From a phage: a stretch of 64,000 nt of DNA. The position numbers and the translations under genes were made by a program. How positions within the stretch are numbered: the stretch's first letter is position 1; every line of letters starts with the position of its first letter. A model generated the notes under the pieces. The model was not told where the DNA came from and made no database searches. It saw only the letters and a list, made by a program, of their open reading frames with translations. The DNA is taken from the sequence record PZ445448.1. The stretch is one strand, 5' to 3'. Positions 1 through 11,400 of this stretch are shown here, one piece after another.

Positions 1-486
1 GATGCTAAAGGTATACCTCCTTACAAGTTCCAAGTGGTTGTGTTTGGTGGTGCAACGGAGGACATTTGCCAAGCGCTTTACCAAACTATCGCCTGTACGA
101 ACAGGACTTATGGTAATATTTTCTACGATGTCACTACATCTGACGGTCAAACTGAAAGAATTTATTACTCCAAGGCAAATACCTACCGCTTGGATGTAAG
201 AATTACCTACTCCGGTGCTGCGCTTTCCACAACCGAAAAAGATGCCATTGTAGAGGCTCTTTTGCAGGTTGTTAACGGACTGGATGTTGCAGATACGTTA
301 TACAATATCCAATTGGTCGGTGCTGCATCCGCTGCTGTGTCAATAGGCAGATTTAATAGACTGGTAATTCAAGTTAAATCCGTAGGAGCTTCTGATGAAG
401 CTTACACTACAAACGATATTATTGCGAACATGACCGAGGTGTTTGACCTCGACGAAAGTAATATAACTTTCCAACAAACTATTTAA
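1..486 (+). CDS. structural protein, C-terminal fragment (5' end outside window)
   Basis: Frame-1 ORF open from position 1, stop at 484-486; lies directly upstream of tail-fiber module; no motif recognised. Confidence 0.45.
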   Translation, partial: DAKGIPPYKFQVVVFGGATEDICQALYQTIACTNRTYGNIFYDVTTSDGQTERIYYSKANTYRLDVRITYSGAALSTTEKDAIVEALLQVVNGLDVADTLYNIQLVGAASAAVSIGRFNRLVIQVKSVGASDEAYTTNDIIANMTEVFDLDESNITFQQTI

Positions 487-497
487 GGCGGCGAGAT

Positions 498-1184
498 ATG
501 GCAGAGATTAAGTCGGATGTTAACCACATCCACACTCTGCCAGATTTTGTTCAGGGAGGTCTTGACTACCTACCTGGAGATTTTCTGGCTGAGAAGGTTA
601 ATTTAGTCACATTCTTAACCGTATACCTTAAAAGGTTGGAGGATGTTGATAAGATGCTGGTAGGTTTGGCTGAAGGAAGATTGCTTAACAATGCCAGCGG
701 AAGATACCTTGACGAAGTTGGTAATCAGCTTGGTATTCTTAGGAATGGACTTTCAGATGCTGATTTTCGTGCCACACTAATTATTCAGCAGGCTGCAGCA
801 TCAAGGGGCGGGACTCGCGAAGATGTCATCTCCACCTTGCGACAATTGTTCGGAAGAGACAATTTCGATACGTGGAAAGGAGACAACTTCAGGTTTGACA
901 TAAATATTAGAAAAACTTGCTTTGACATATTGCAGTCTATCGATCAGATCTTAGATATGCTACCATTACCTTGTCATTTGCGTCTTACAGAATCGCAAGG
1001 GCAAGCTTTTGGTTTTGAAGGGGACTCTACAGCTCTTGGCTTCGGATCAGTGTGGGAAGAAAGCCAATTCGGAGTTGGTGGGCTGGCTACTTTGCTATAT
1101 GTTCCTGACGTAAGACCTGATTGGGACACCACAACCATTTATTGTGAAAGTATTACAGTAAACGCAACTAGACAGGAGGGTTAA
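498..1184 (+). CDS. hypothetical virion/baseplate-region protein
   Basis: 228 aa ORF, ATG preceded by AAGGCGGCGAG; ATGA overlap with next gene; position in tail module. Confidence 0.5.
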   Translation: MAEIKSDVNHIHTLPDFVQGGLDYLPGDFLAEKVNLVTFLTVYLKRLEDVDKMLVGLAEGRLLNNASGRYLDEVGNQLGILRNGLSDADFRATLIIQQAAASRGGTREDVISTLRQLFGRDNFDTWKGDNFRFDINIRKTCFDILQSIDQILDMLPLPCHLRLTESQGQAFGFEGDSTALGFGSVWEESQFGVGGLATLLYVPDVRPDWDTTTIYCESITVNATRQEG

Positions 1185-3256
1185 TGGCAACAGCTGTTTT
1201 TAAACCTTACCGTGATTACTCTACAATGGCTGCACAGTTTCATTACCGAACAGTTCAGGATACTGCCGTTCCTGGTAGGGATTATAATCATGTTGAGGGC
1301 GATATAACTATCCCAGTTGGGGCAACAAGTATTGAGATCCCCGTGGAAATTGTTGACAAATTACCCAACAGGTTGCCAAGAAGCTTCTTTATGGAGTTTT
1401 CATCAAAATCCCAAGGGGTAATGATTGGAACACAAAGGGCGAAATGTACAATAGTTTCAGATGAGAATCTTGACAGGATATCTTGGGATACTGTTGAGGA
1501 GAGAATGTTTCACCCAAGGTATTGGGTTACAACTACTCAGCAGACTGAAAGTACCTGTATTGTTGCAGATAACAACTGTTGTATTAACCGTTTAGTGTCA
1601 AGAACATATGGAGGTATGGCTGGGTGTATTTGGGAAACAGTTGACAAGTATGACCATTTCGGCATTGGGTTTGATGATCACTATGAGATGAGAAACACCA
1701 AGCTCTGGTTCAGAATGTCAATAACCAACGCCAGCAACTTCTCCACTCCTGAAAAGATGATTATGACTGTAGACCTTGTTGATGGCACAATCATCTATGT
1801 TCCTTTAGCTCAATATGCTGTCAGCATCTCAGAGGATAAGAATGTTGCAGAAATTCATATTGATTTTGAGGACTGCGTCGGGATGGACCAGAACAACAAC
1901 ATGATGGGTGTTGATCCTCGGCAGGTGAGAAGGATTTTAATACCACTCATGCCTAAAGACTGGGTAAGTAATAGCACAGACCCGAGAACGGAAAATGTAG
2001 AGTGTGAGTTGCGCCTAGATCTGCTTCAGCCAGACACAGGCTGGAAAATGATGCAACTTAACAATATTCAGGTTAAAGAGCACGACGTTGGGATCTGCAC
2101 CGCATATGACGATATGTGGAACGTATCTCCTTTAAGGGTGTTGAACAATATCAAGCGTCTGGGCTATACCGGAACCATAAACCATTATGTTGGTATGAGT
2201 CATTATTATGACTACACATGGTCAGGAACCCAATGGTCTATAAACAGAACAGGGGCGCTAAACGCTGCAGCTTATAAATGGCATGATGATTTTATGTACA
2301 ATGCCAAACGACATAACTTCGACGTTATGCAATCTGTAAGTTTTGAGCTTTTCAGCGATGCCTGCCCGTTGGAATGGACCCAAAGAGACTGGAACGATAA
2401 CTACGCTAAAACAGGGTATACACCCTGTAGCTACCTCCTGTCTCCAACCATTGAAGAGGGTATGAATTTCCTTACTGCAGTATTTAAGAATTTTGCATCA
2501 GCCGCTATGAGAAACAACCTGCCAGTGATTATGCAGGTTGGTGAACCGTGGTGGTGGTACAATACCGATACTCGTAGACCTTGTATTTATGATTACCCTA
2601 CAAAACAGGCGTTTTATGATGAGACAGGCGAGTATGCATTAGATATTGGGACTATTGACGATCCTAAAACTGGCGGTGTTTACGATAAGTATGTAGCATT
2701 TTGTCGTGGTAAGCTTGGCGCTCGTATTGCGGCTATTTCAAAGGCAATAAAGGCACACGCTGCATCAGCTCAGATGACAGCTCTGCTGTTTTTCCCAACC
2801 ATTATGGAAACCGAGCTTACGCAAAAGCTTAACCTTGCTGACCAATATAAAAAGGAAGCAGGTGCTCTTGATTTCTTCTGCACCGAGTGCTACGATTGGG
2901 TGATGCAGGGAGGTATTGAAAAGGCAAAAGAGTCTGTAAACATACCTATCGTTAAGTTAGGTTGGCAACCGTCTGAAATACAATACCTTGCAGGGTTCGT
3001 TCCTAGTAAAGAGCTTGCTCCGGTATATGGTTACGACCCAACCAGGAATTACCAAGAATTTTTATGGAGATGTATTTGCGGAAACATGGCAACTATAGAG
3101 TATAGATATCCTGAGGTAAAACAGTATGTGTGGGCATACCCGCAAGTAATGTCTGACAGCATCACTGTTACCGCTAGAGATTCTACCGTGCTTCATATGG
3201 GGCAGGTTGCTCTGAAAGGGTATGTAGAAGATGTTGTCCCGCCAGACTTCTCATAA
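1184..3256 (+). CDS. hypothetical structural protein (690 aa)
   Basis: Long ORF, RBS GACAGGAGGG upstream; coupled to upstream gene; position in tail module. Confidence 0.5.
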   Translation: MATAVFKPYRDYSTMAAQFHYRTVQDTAVPGRDYNHVEGDITIPVGATSIEIPVEIVDKLPNRLPRSFFMEFSSKSQGVMIGTQRAKCTIVSDENLDRISWDTVEERMFHPRYWVTTTQQTESTCIVADNNCCINRLVSRTYGGMAGCIWETVDKYDHFGIGFDDHYEMRNTKLWFRMSITNASNFSTPEKMIMTVDLVDGTIIYVPLAQYAVSISEDKNVAEIHIDFEDCVGMDQNNNMMGVDPRQVRRILIPLMPKDWVSNSTDPRTENVECELRLDLLQPDTGWKMMQLNNIQVKEHDVGICTAYDDMWNVSPLRVLNNIKRLGYTGTINHYVGMSHYYDYTWSGTQWSINRTGALNAAAYKWHDDFMYNAKRHNFDVMQSVSFELFSDACPLEWTQRDWNDNYAKTGYTPCSYLLSPTIEEGMNFLTAVFKNFASAAMRNNLPVIMQVGEPWWWYNTDTRRPCIYDYPTKQAFYDETGEYALDIGTIDDPKTGGVYDKYVAFCRGKLGARIAAISKAIKAHAASAQMTALLFFPTIMETELTQKLNLADQYKKEAGALDFFCTECYDWVMQGGIEKAKESVNIPIVKLGWQPSEIQYLAGFVPSKELAPVYGYDPTRNYQEFLWRCICGNMATIEYRYPEVKQYVWAYPQVMSDSITVTARDSTVLHMGQVALKGYVEDVVPPDFS

Positions 3257-3268
3257 TCAGGAGATAAA

Positions 3269-4309
3269 ATGTCAAAACCTAGTTTTCCATTAGAGATTTG
3301 GGCAGAGGAGGATCAGGTTCTGCCTAACACCCACAGACAGAACAGGCTACGCCCGATTGATGATTTGTGGAGAAAAGGTTGGGATCTTGGTCAAAAGCCC
3401 TCATGTGAAGAACTTAACTATATTTTCAATATGCTCGGGACTTGGGCAAAATACATCGCTGACGAGCAGATTCCCGCTCAAGAAGGCCGTTATCTGGTAC
3501 GTGATAATAACTTGAGTGATCTTTTGAACATTCCTGTTGCCCGTAGAAACCTTGGGATTATTACTAAGGAAGAGGCAGACGCCAGGTATGTAAAAGTTAC
3601 AGGTGATACAATGACAGGCCCATTGGGTTTGCAACGTATCAACTTTAAAGCTGCCGAGTCAGATAAGGCTTGGATAGAGACAACTATTGGCCCAGATAAG
3701 ACAACTCTCGACTTTGGGTTAAGTGATAATACCGGGTCGTTTGATGATGGTGGTACATCTACAGTGGATGCGTTCCGTTGGAGATTCCAGCCAACTCAGC
3801 CGGATATTAATCCAGAGTTCACTTTGATGTACCTTAACGCGATCACGGCTAACCGTGCGCTGTTGAAAGTGGTAGGCAATGTTGAAGTTGTCGATAACAT
3901 GAGGTGCAATAACCTTACTATCAGCAATACAGCGACATTCACCAACTGTAATGTGGCTAGTCAGTTGACGGCTGGGTCAGTGTATGTTAATGGTGGTGCA
4001 AGTTGTGACAGTATGGTTGTAAGAAGCCAGCACTGTGTTGTCGGTAACAGAAATGTGGTTCGCTCTGTGAACGGAGTGACGGCTAACGGTAACGGTGATG
4101 TAACGATCACTATCCCGCAGACAGGTGTGCAAGACATCAGAATCGGTGCAAGACTTGTGGACGGAGTTTCTGAATCTCCAATCCGCAACGGCTACGTTGT
4201 CACAGGCTGGCATTTCGGTGACAAAAAAGAGATGCGTGGTTCAACCTACTGGGCAGGACCTTTACAAAAACTTGTAAATGGTCAATGGATCACTGTTAAT
4301 TATGCATAG
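3269..4309 (+). CDS. tail fiber protein, P2 gpH-like C-terminal domain
   Basis: C-terminus ...YWAGPLQKLVNGQWITVNYA resembles the P2 H fiber end (PIQKYINGTWYNV, recalled from memory); RBS AGGAGATAAA; followed by Tfa-like chaperone. Confidence 0.65.
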   Translation: MSKPSFPLEIWAEEDQVLPNTHRQNRLRPIDDLWRKGWDLGQKPSCEELNYIFNMLGTWAKYIADEQIPAQEGRYLVRDNNLSDLLNIPVARRNLGIITKEEADARYVKVTGDTMTGPLGLQRINFKAAESDKAWIETTIGPDKTTLDFGLSDNTGSFDDGGTSTVDAFRWRFQPTQPDINPEFTLMYLNAITANRALLKVVGNVEVVDNMRCNNLTISNTATFTNCNVASQLTAGSVYVNGGASCDSMVVRSQHCVVGNRNVVRSVNGVTANGNGDVTITIPQTGVQDIRIGARLVDGVSESPIRNGYVVTGWHFGDKKEMRGSTYWAGPLQKLVNGQWITVNYA

Positions 4310-4323
4310 ATCGGAGGACTAGC

Positions 4324-4908
4324 ATGAAAATACTTCAAGAGTTTAAACTTTACCAACCGGGATCTGGCGAATACCGCACCAACAAGGAAACCAAGGAGCT
4401 GACCCCTCAAGAGGTTGAGGATTACACAGCATACACTGGGTATTTTTTACGTAATGATGATGGCGATTGGTATGTGCAGTCACGAACATTACGACAAGAA
4501 AATCCGGGGTGTATCTTCCTACTTGTTGACGAGAAGGGAATTCTTAAGACATCTACAGAAGAACCTGATGCCTTATGGCCTGCTCCAGGTCTTCGTGTGG
4601 TTATCGCCAAAAAAGAAGAGGTACCAGAAAACATTATGCTTCACCACGACGCTTTGCGTTTAGTTGGTGATGAATTTGTCACAGACAATGAATTCTTTGT
4701 TCAACAGGCAGAGGGTGTCATAGAGACAGAACTTGCTTGGGCTACTGCTAGAATTGGTGCCTATCAAGACATGATTGACCTTGAATATGATCTTACTGAT
4801 GACCAGAAACGTAACATCAGAGATTTGAAAATGTACAGGGTAAAACTTCTTGAAATAGATACATCTAAAGCCCCTGACATTTTCTTCCCGGAGCGACCTA
4901 CCCTCTAA
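4324..4908 (+). CDS. tail fiber assembly chaperone (Tfa-like)
   Basis: C-terminal KMYRVKLLEIDTSKAPDIFFPERP matches the conserved Tfa C-terminal signature (YRV..L..VDTS.APDI.WP); RBS GGAGGA. Confidence 0.7.
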   Translation: MKILQEFKLYQPGSGEYRTNKETKELTPQEVEDYTAYTGYFLRNDDGDWYVQSRTLRQENPGCIFLLVDEKGILKTSTEEPDALWPAPGLRVVIAKKEEVPENIMLHHDALRLVGDEFVTDNEFFVQQAEGVIETELAWATARIGAYQDMIDLEYDLTDDQKRNIRDLKMYRVKLLEIDTSKAPDIFFPERPTL

Positions 4909-4919
4909 GAGGAGGTGTT

Positions 4920-5234
4920 GTGGAGTTGGATTTGGCGGCATTGTACGGTATCTGCATGGGTACCGTTGTCCCGATCTGTGTATGGGCTTTCAACCAGTGG
5001 CACACCAAATGGAAAGGCATTTCCAAGAGGTTGGATGAACTGGAGAAAGACCTCATCTTAGTGAAAAACAGTATGGTTACAAAAGATAAACTTGATTCCG
5101 TTATCGAGACCCGGTTAAGTAAGCTAGAGGCCGATATTAACGACCTTAAGCAGGATGTCAGGACAGATGTCTCCGGTATCCGAGCTGATGTACAAAAGAT
5201 TTTGCACATGCTCGTAGAGCATAGTAAAAGGTAA
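4920..5234 (+). CDS. hypothetical protein, N-terminal hydrophobic segment plus coiled coil
   Basis: ORF beginning at GTG 4920 right after AAGAGGAGG; true start uncertain (GTG/TTG/ATG at 4956). Confidence 0.35.
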   Translation: MELDLAALYGICMGTVVPICVWAFNQWHTKWKGISKRLDELEKDLILVKNSMVTKDKLDSVIETRLSKLEADINDLKQDVRTDVSGIRADVQKILHMLVEHSKR

Positions 5235-5243
5235 ACAAAGGTC

Positions 5244-5277
5244 AGAACGGAAAGGACTCCGTTCTTGCATTTTGTTC
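5244..5277 (+). terminator. rho-independent terminator candidate
   Basis: Hairpin GAACGG-aaaggact-CCGTTC followed by TTGCATTTTGTT. Confidence 0.45.
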
Positions 5278-5320
5278 CCTAAAGTGTTAAAATAGTCCTA
5301 AGGAATTTTCTCAGGAGAAC

Positions 5321-6367
5321 GTGATGACTAAACCAGTTATCCCTCTTGATATTTGGGCCAATCAGGATGTTGTGCTTGAAAATACGGGAGAGTTGAATAA
5401 GTCTCAACCAAAAAAAGAAGAGAGATTGAAAGGTTGGGATATGACACAAAGAGTGGCATGTGAAGTTGTTAACTTTGAACTTCACATGCTTTCTGCGTGG
5501 TTAAAGCATTTAACAGAAGATGTTGTCCCGGGATGGGATAATAGATTCTTAAGGGTCACTAATAATCTAGCAGACGTTCCAGACAAAGCTGCTGCACGTC
5601 AAGTTCTCAATGTATACTCGCCTGAAGAAATGGACGATCTGTATGTTGACAAGTCTGGAGACATAATGACTCAGACTCAAACTTTAGGTCTTCAAAGAAT
5701 CGAGTTTGCATCTGCGTCAACAGACAATGCGGCAATATATACCACCATAACTCCAGACAAGACGACGATGGATTTCTGGATTATGGACAACATCGGTGGT
5801 GCTGACGGCACAGACCTTGATGATCCTTCTCACCAAATAGACGGGTTCCGTTGGAGATTTCAACCTTCTGGTGGGCAGCCTGTGTTTTCGGCTATGAAGC
5901 TCAATGCTATAACTGCCAACCGTGCAAGACTGGCTATCCAAGGGAATCTTGAATGCAACGATGCAAAAAGTTCCTCTGCAAATGCCAATGCGGTCACGAT
6001 ACCAAGAGCCACTGTTAATGGACAACAATCCTGCGGAAGCGCTCAAATAGGTGGAAGAGTTGATTGTAACGATGAAACCGTCAGGGGCCAATATGCAACA
6101 GTTGGTGGAAGAAACGTGGTCCGCAGGGTAAATGGTAACGGCGCAGACAGTAGTGGTAACCTTACTATTCCTATGCCTAGCAGAGGGGTTGATGATGTAA
6201 GGATAGCAAACCGTTTTAAAACCACCTACAGAGAGTCAAGAGTCTACCCTGGACATGTGATGTGCTCTGGTAACTACGCTTATAAACACCCTTATCAAGG
6301 TGATTACTGGACAGGTGCTATCCAAAAACTTGTAAATGGTCAATGGATCACTATATCTTATGCTTAA
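5321..6367 (+). CDS. tail fiber protein paralog, P2 gpH-like C-terminal domain
   Basis: Shares N-terminus (PLDIWANQDVVLENT vs PLEIWAEEDQVLPNT) and C-terminus (YWTGAIQKLVNGQWITISYA) with 3269-4309; middle divergent; RBS CAGGAGAA. Confidence 0.65.
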   Translation: MMTKPVIPLDIWANQDVVLENTGELNKSQPKKEERLKGWDMTQRVACEVVNFELHMLSAWLKHLTEDVVPGWDNRFLRVTNNLADVPDKAAARQVLNVYSPEEMDDLYVDKSGDIMTQTQTLGLQRIEFASASTDNAAIYTTITPDKTTMDFWIMDNIGGADGTDLDDPSHQIDGFRWRFQPSGGQPVFSAMKLNAITANRARLAIQGNLECNDAKSSSANANAVTIPRATVNGQQSCGSAQIGGRVDCNDETVRGQYATVGGRNVVRRVNGNGADSSGNLTIPMPSRGVDDVRIANRFKTTYRESRVYPGHVMCSGNYAYKHPYQGDYWTGAIQKLVNGQWITISYA

Positions 6368-6378
6368 AAAGAGGGTAA

Positions 6379-6645
6379 ATGAAACTAACTCAGTTTTTAT
6401 GGGGACTGGTTGCGGCATCTGATGACCCTACGAAAGTGTCCCAATCTAAGCTATGGTCGAACATAGGCATGGCGGTGATGACTGGGGTGTTTATTCATAT
6501 GGGGTATAATGATACGCTTCCTGAATGGTATGCGTGGATATACGCGCCTTCAGTAGCTTGCCCCCAGCTTATTAGCAAATTCATCTCGCTCCGGTGGGGT
6601 TGCCAGCACCCTGACCACGTTAAAAACGAAGAGCAAAAAGCTTAA
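6379..6645 (+). CDS. hypothetical protein (88 aa)
   Basis: ORF with RBS AAAGAGGGTAA directly after second fiber gene; partly hydrophobic. Confidence 0.4.
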   Translation: MKLTQFLWGLVAASDDPTKVSQSKLWSNIGMAVMTGVFIHMGYNDTLPEWYAWIYAPSVACPQLISKFISLRWGCQHPDHVKNEEQKA

Positions 6646-6654
6646 GGAGAAATC

Positions 6655-8400
6655 ATGGCGCAAGACATGACAAGCTTTGAGCAGGCGGTAGATCAAGTAA
6701 TTGTTGATTCTGAACGTTTGCACCTGATTGTCAACGGTAACGCTGTGGATGAAGTTGTCGTAGAGGATGGGACCACCATCCCTACGGTACGAAAAGCCAT
6801 GCTTGACACCCTTTATTTTAAAACGCCACCGATCCCTTGGGCGTATGGTGCATCCACAACAGTTTTTAACCAGCTGTACGAGTTTAAAGGGGACACAGGC
6901 CCTCAGTGGTGGTACGCTCCCGCAGCATCAAAATCTAACCCGGTTAGAATGCCAGCAGATCCTTCACAATCTCCAAACTGGAGATTATATACCGATTCTG
7001 CAGTAATGGCAAAATACTACGCAAAACTTAACAGTCCGAGGTTCGAAGGTGACCCGCGAGTACCTACGCCTCCAATGGACGACAAATCCGAGTCTATAGC
7101 AAACACAGAGTTTGTTGTTGACTATGTGGATAGCATATTTGAAGCCATGGAGGGAATGAAAGTTACTGTAGGGTCTTTGGTGGTAAAAGGTCTTACAGAA
7201 CTTGCTAACACTATAGTTGGTGGCACACTCACCTTACATGGGCCTGTTAATGGAGCAGATTCTACTGCACGCTTCAGGAACCTAATCCTCACGGCAAATA
7301 CTTCTACACTTACTTTTGCGTGGAGTGATCCTAAGCATGCAGACTGGAGAAGCACAGAGCTGCAACCTCATGAAGTGTCCACCTACAGGGTTATAGCTGA
7401 CACTATAACTTCTGGGAAACCAGTGGCTAATAATAACGATGTGCATTTTGATGGTCTAGGTAATAACTTTTTTGACTACGTGTACATTCGTGGTAATGCC
7501 ATGAAGGCAGCAACCGAACCGACATTGCAGGTAGATGGAACCACCAGGGTTAAGAACCTTGAGGTGACAGGCACTGTTACAGGGATAACCTACTCTGTCG
7601 ATGGCACCATGATTTACCCTAGCTATATTGAAAGCACGGGGGACGCATTAATAAATGGTGATTTAGAAGTTGGCGGATCTGTAGTTATTCGAGGTACAGC
7701 CTCTATCCAAAACATAGCTCTGAATACCCTAAGAGTCAATGAGCGTGCAACTTTTGAAGGGGAAGGGCTTACAGCCAACAAAGGTGTAATTACCGAGCTG
7801 ACAACCACTACTTTAACTGCAACAACTGCAAACTCTGAAAACTGCAACGTTACCAGAAACTTGCAGGTAAATGGAGATGTTAGTTTAAACGCAGCAGGGA
7901 CGGGCACCACCTACCTTCACAACCTTGAAATATCCGGCACAGTGACTGGGTGGCTGCCAGACTTCTCTAATGTCAACTTTGTTTGTAATGGCATTAACTC
8001 CAGTGGCAAGATAACCACCTCTCAAGAAATTGAGGCGGGTAAAACCATTACTGCCCCTACTTTCCACGCAGGAAAGGTAGATTTTGATTTAGAGGAGGTT
8101 GACGCGTCCAGTGGGACATGGACACCTAACGGGCAGGCCAGTATGTATGTTGTCCACGCGAAAGGGGATTTTACAATAGGACAATGGCCTGGTACATCAG
8201 CGGAAGATAAACCTTATCCATTCACTGCGGTTATCTATGTCATTCAGGATGCTGTAGGTCACAACGTGACTTTGCACGATAAGTATGCTATCCTGTCGGC
8301 AACGCCTGTTATTAATAACAAGGCTAATAGTGTTACCTTGCTGCAATTAACATATTGTGGTGTTGGTGATATCGTAGACGTAGTAATTGCACAACGTTAA
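6655..8400 (+). CDS. tail fiber/spike-like protein (581 aa)
   Basis: RBS AAGGAGAAA; Thr/Gly/Asn-rich repetitive stretches (TGTVTGITYSVDG, LTTTTLTATTANSENCNVT) typical of fibrous virion proteins. Confidence 0.55.
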   Translation: MAQDMTSFEQAVDQVIVDSERLHLIVNGNAVDEVVVEDGTTIPTVRKAMLDTLYFKTPPIPWAYGASTTVFNQLYEFKGDTGPQWWYAPAASKSNPVRMPADPSQSPNWRLYTDSAVMAKYYAKLNSPRFEGDPRVPTPPMDDKSESIANTEFVVDYVDSIFEAMEGMKVTVGSLVVKGLTELANTIVGGTLTLHGPVNGADSTARFRNLILTANTSTLTFAWSDPKHADWRSTELQPHEVSTYRVIADTITSGKPVANNNDVHFDGLGNNFFDYVYIRGNAMKAATEPTLQVDGTTRVKNLEVTGTVTGITYSVDGTMIYPSYIESTGDALINGDLEVGGSVVIRGTASIQNIALNTLRVNERATFEGEGLTANKGVITELTTTTLTATTANSENCNVTRNLQVNGDVSLNAAGTGTTYLHNLEISGTVTGWLPDFSNVNFVCNGINSSGKITTSQEIEAGKTITAPTFHAGKVDFDLEEVDASSGTWTPNGQASMYVVHAKGDFTIGQWPGTSAEDKPYPFTAVIYVIQDAVGHNVTLHDKYAILSATPVINNKANSVTLLQLTYCGVGDIVDVVIAQR

Positions 8401-8410
8401 TATATATCTA

Positions 8411-8436
8411 ACCGCTCCTGACGGGGCGGTTTTCTT
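8411..8436 (+). terminator. rho-independent terminator candidate
   Basis: Hairpin CCGCTCC-tgac-GGGGCGG followed by TTTTCTT. Confidence 0.4.
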
Positions 8437-8450
8437 ATCTGGAGAACACA

Positions 8451-11400
8451 ATGCTTCCAATCCCTTTGCTAAAACTTGGTCGTCATTTCCTCGATAAGAG
8501 GGGTGGAATTAAGGAACTTGCTGTTCTGTCATACCCAATAGACAACAGTGATGGTACAAGCAACACAGTATCCTATGTAAATAGCTTAGCTATACTTTTT
8601 GATGATGGTCAGCTTAATATTACTGGCTATAATAGGTTCGGAGAGTGTCGGACTGGAGATCTTGATACAATAAACTATCCTAATGAGGCAGCTTGGAACG
8701 TAGACCATGTTTGGAGAGCTGACCGTGCATTTGTAATCCGCACATTCGATAATAAATTTTTCTATATTGGTTGCACAGCTGGTCTTATCGGATCGGAGGC
8801 AGCAGGTGGAAACGATGTTTGTGTCAGAGAGTGGACACCTTTGCCGGAACAGATCGTAACAGGGTTGCATTTGGACACCCATCCTGAGAGACTTGTTGAA
8901 GTAATGGGTGGCGTAAACAATACAGTGTGGGTAATTGCTGCACCAGAGGCTGATGGTATGCTTCACCTGTACGGCTCTGGCAATAATACTTACGGCTCTC
9001 TTCATGTTGACAAAAATCAGCATGCAACCCCTGTAAAGATTGGTGAGACATCGGAAAATCCTGAAACAGGTCCTTGGAAAAACCCAAGCATCAACTGCGA
9101 GGTGCATGACAACTCTGTTATTTTCGGTGGTCCTAGAGGTTTCTGGATTGCTGGATACGACTTTCTGAGAAATAACAGTAGAAACGACCTTGTTTGGCCT
9201 CCTGTGCAGATTACTCGTAACGATTTGAGGGGCATTCCTGCAGATGAGGAGTGGAAAGGGTTTATGTGCGGTCCTAACGGGGCAATAATTGCCACACAGA
9301 GGATGCATAGACCCGATGACCAGCAGCTTGTTAACGTATTTTATGGTCAAAACATTTGGGGAGATGATACATGGCGGGAACTGAATATCACCTACACCCA
9401 TGAGGTAATAATGGCTCGTGGGTACGGCACAAGTGGCATTTTCTTCAATAATGGCACCAAGCAGTATCGTGGATTCTCTCGCAACTTGTGTAATGATATT
9501 GGTGCACAATCTGCAAACAATAGTCCTAGGTCCGATTTTATCCACTATCAAGCTCTTGCTACAGCTAAATATGTTGAGCAACGCCTGCCAGTTAGCTGGA
9601 CAGAGAGTGTTTATTTCCAAGGCATCCATAGAGAAGGTTTCTTAGGGACCTTTACTGTTGTTAATGGTAAACTTTGGTGGTCAGGCATCCCAAGGGGAAG
9701 TTTTGCAGGCTCTAACAACCTGTTTGGAGGCAGACTTAATAGCCAGGGGTTCACAGAGGTTCCTGAGAATTGGTATAAAAATGTCCCGGTAGACAGTTGG
9801 GGTGTTGAGGATATTTTCGACGTTAACGGTGTTAGCAGCGTTAGCAATATTTACATTGGTGACACGGTCAAGATGAAGTTGAAGCCTCAGCCAGAGGGGG
9901 CTACGTTCATTATTGACAAGATTGAACTGGTAAATGCTGCAGGTACGGTTGTTACAGATGCAAATTACCAATTCTCCACCAACTGGAACCACGGCGGGGC
10001 CAACGAAGTTGTTGTTACCCAGTATAACAGAAATGTTAACAGACGTGGCCTGTACTCTGTAAAAATAACCTATCATGACAAGCATGGCACAGGCAGAACC
10101 CATACGACAAGGACTTTGAACTGGAACACCATAGTTCCTGCGTATCCGTCCAACGGCAAGTGGCATACTGTCGGTAGAAACAAACAGTTCCATGTCAACG
10201 ATACTGTATACTTCGGGCTTAACGCAGCTCAACCTGCTGTAGAAGGCGATACATCGTATATAGTACGACTCCATAGAATGGATGCCGGGTCTGTAACCTA
10301 CGATGTGACTCAGGAGATCTACGATCAGAGACGTACCACGTATGACAATGTTGTGAAAACACAAGCCTTGTGGGAGTTCAACCCTAACGGCAGAGGCGGT
10401 AAAATGTTGCAGGTCAACGAGCAAAACGGGACATCGTTGACTGTCCATGAACATCCAGATCCTTGGCCTGATCCTGGAAAACCTAACTCTGGTGCTCGTA
10501 CACTGAAAATTGTTAGCCATGATGCAGGATATTTCGGAATACGCTGGGAAGCCACAGTAAGATATGCCGACGGGACAACAAACAACATAGGGATCACCCT
10601 TGGTGGCACTAGTGAGGATAACTCCCTGAAAATTGCCTACACCCCTAGGGGCATCTCTATTGACAACATAGATGTTGTTCGCAACGGTTACGGCGATGTG
10701 AATGTCAAAGTTACTCTTGGCGAACATCTTGGTGGGGAAAGGATCATCATGTATGCCTTTGATCATGATCCGCGCACCAATGGGACTTATGCAAATCAGG
10801 CATGGAGTTATCTGATAAATGCACCTGAGCCGAATACTAAAGAGTTCTACTACGGTATGAAGCGAGATGTGTGCAAGAAAACAGGAACACATGACTGGAT
10901 TGCTATCTGCGTTAAAGATGAGCGCACAGCTTGGGATGAGCCTGTTAACAGATGGTTCATAGGTATTCCTACCAGAAGTGATAAGTATGTCGCAGAATAT
11001 ATTGTATGCATGGGCGGTACCAACCTAAACATGTGTTGGAACGAAGATGTAAACAAATACTCTGATTATGACTATATGAGGGATTACTCTTGTAATTTGT
11101 GGTTTAACCAAACTACAGGTTACCCTCCGCGTCAGGCAAGGGTAAATCCTGCAATCTTTACAGATACGCAGGTTTTCTTGACAAAACAGGCCAACGAGGT
11201 CCAGACCTTCAAGAACAAATACGACCCTAATAAGTGGTTCTATAACTGCTATGGGGCATTTTTCTGGGGACCTGGAGAATTACCTGGTGGTGGCTCTTGT
11301 TTTGAGGCTGCAACTTACGCCAGTGACAGATTTATGGGCCAGGTCAAGAAATACAAGATAATTCCAGGGCCTGAAACTTTAGGCAACGCTGTCGACCCCT

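Noticed and set aside
8586-10892. Long minus-strand ORFs (8586-9629, 9681-10892) inside the 1875 aa gene
   Set aside because: Fully embedded antisense to a long ORF with a good RBS; alternative starts, no RBS, Cys/Arg-rich low-complexity translation; treated as shadow ORFs. The same applies to the other antisense ORFs within long genes.
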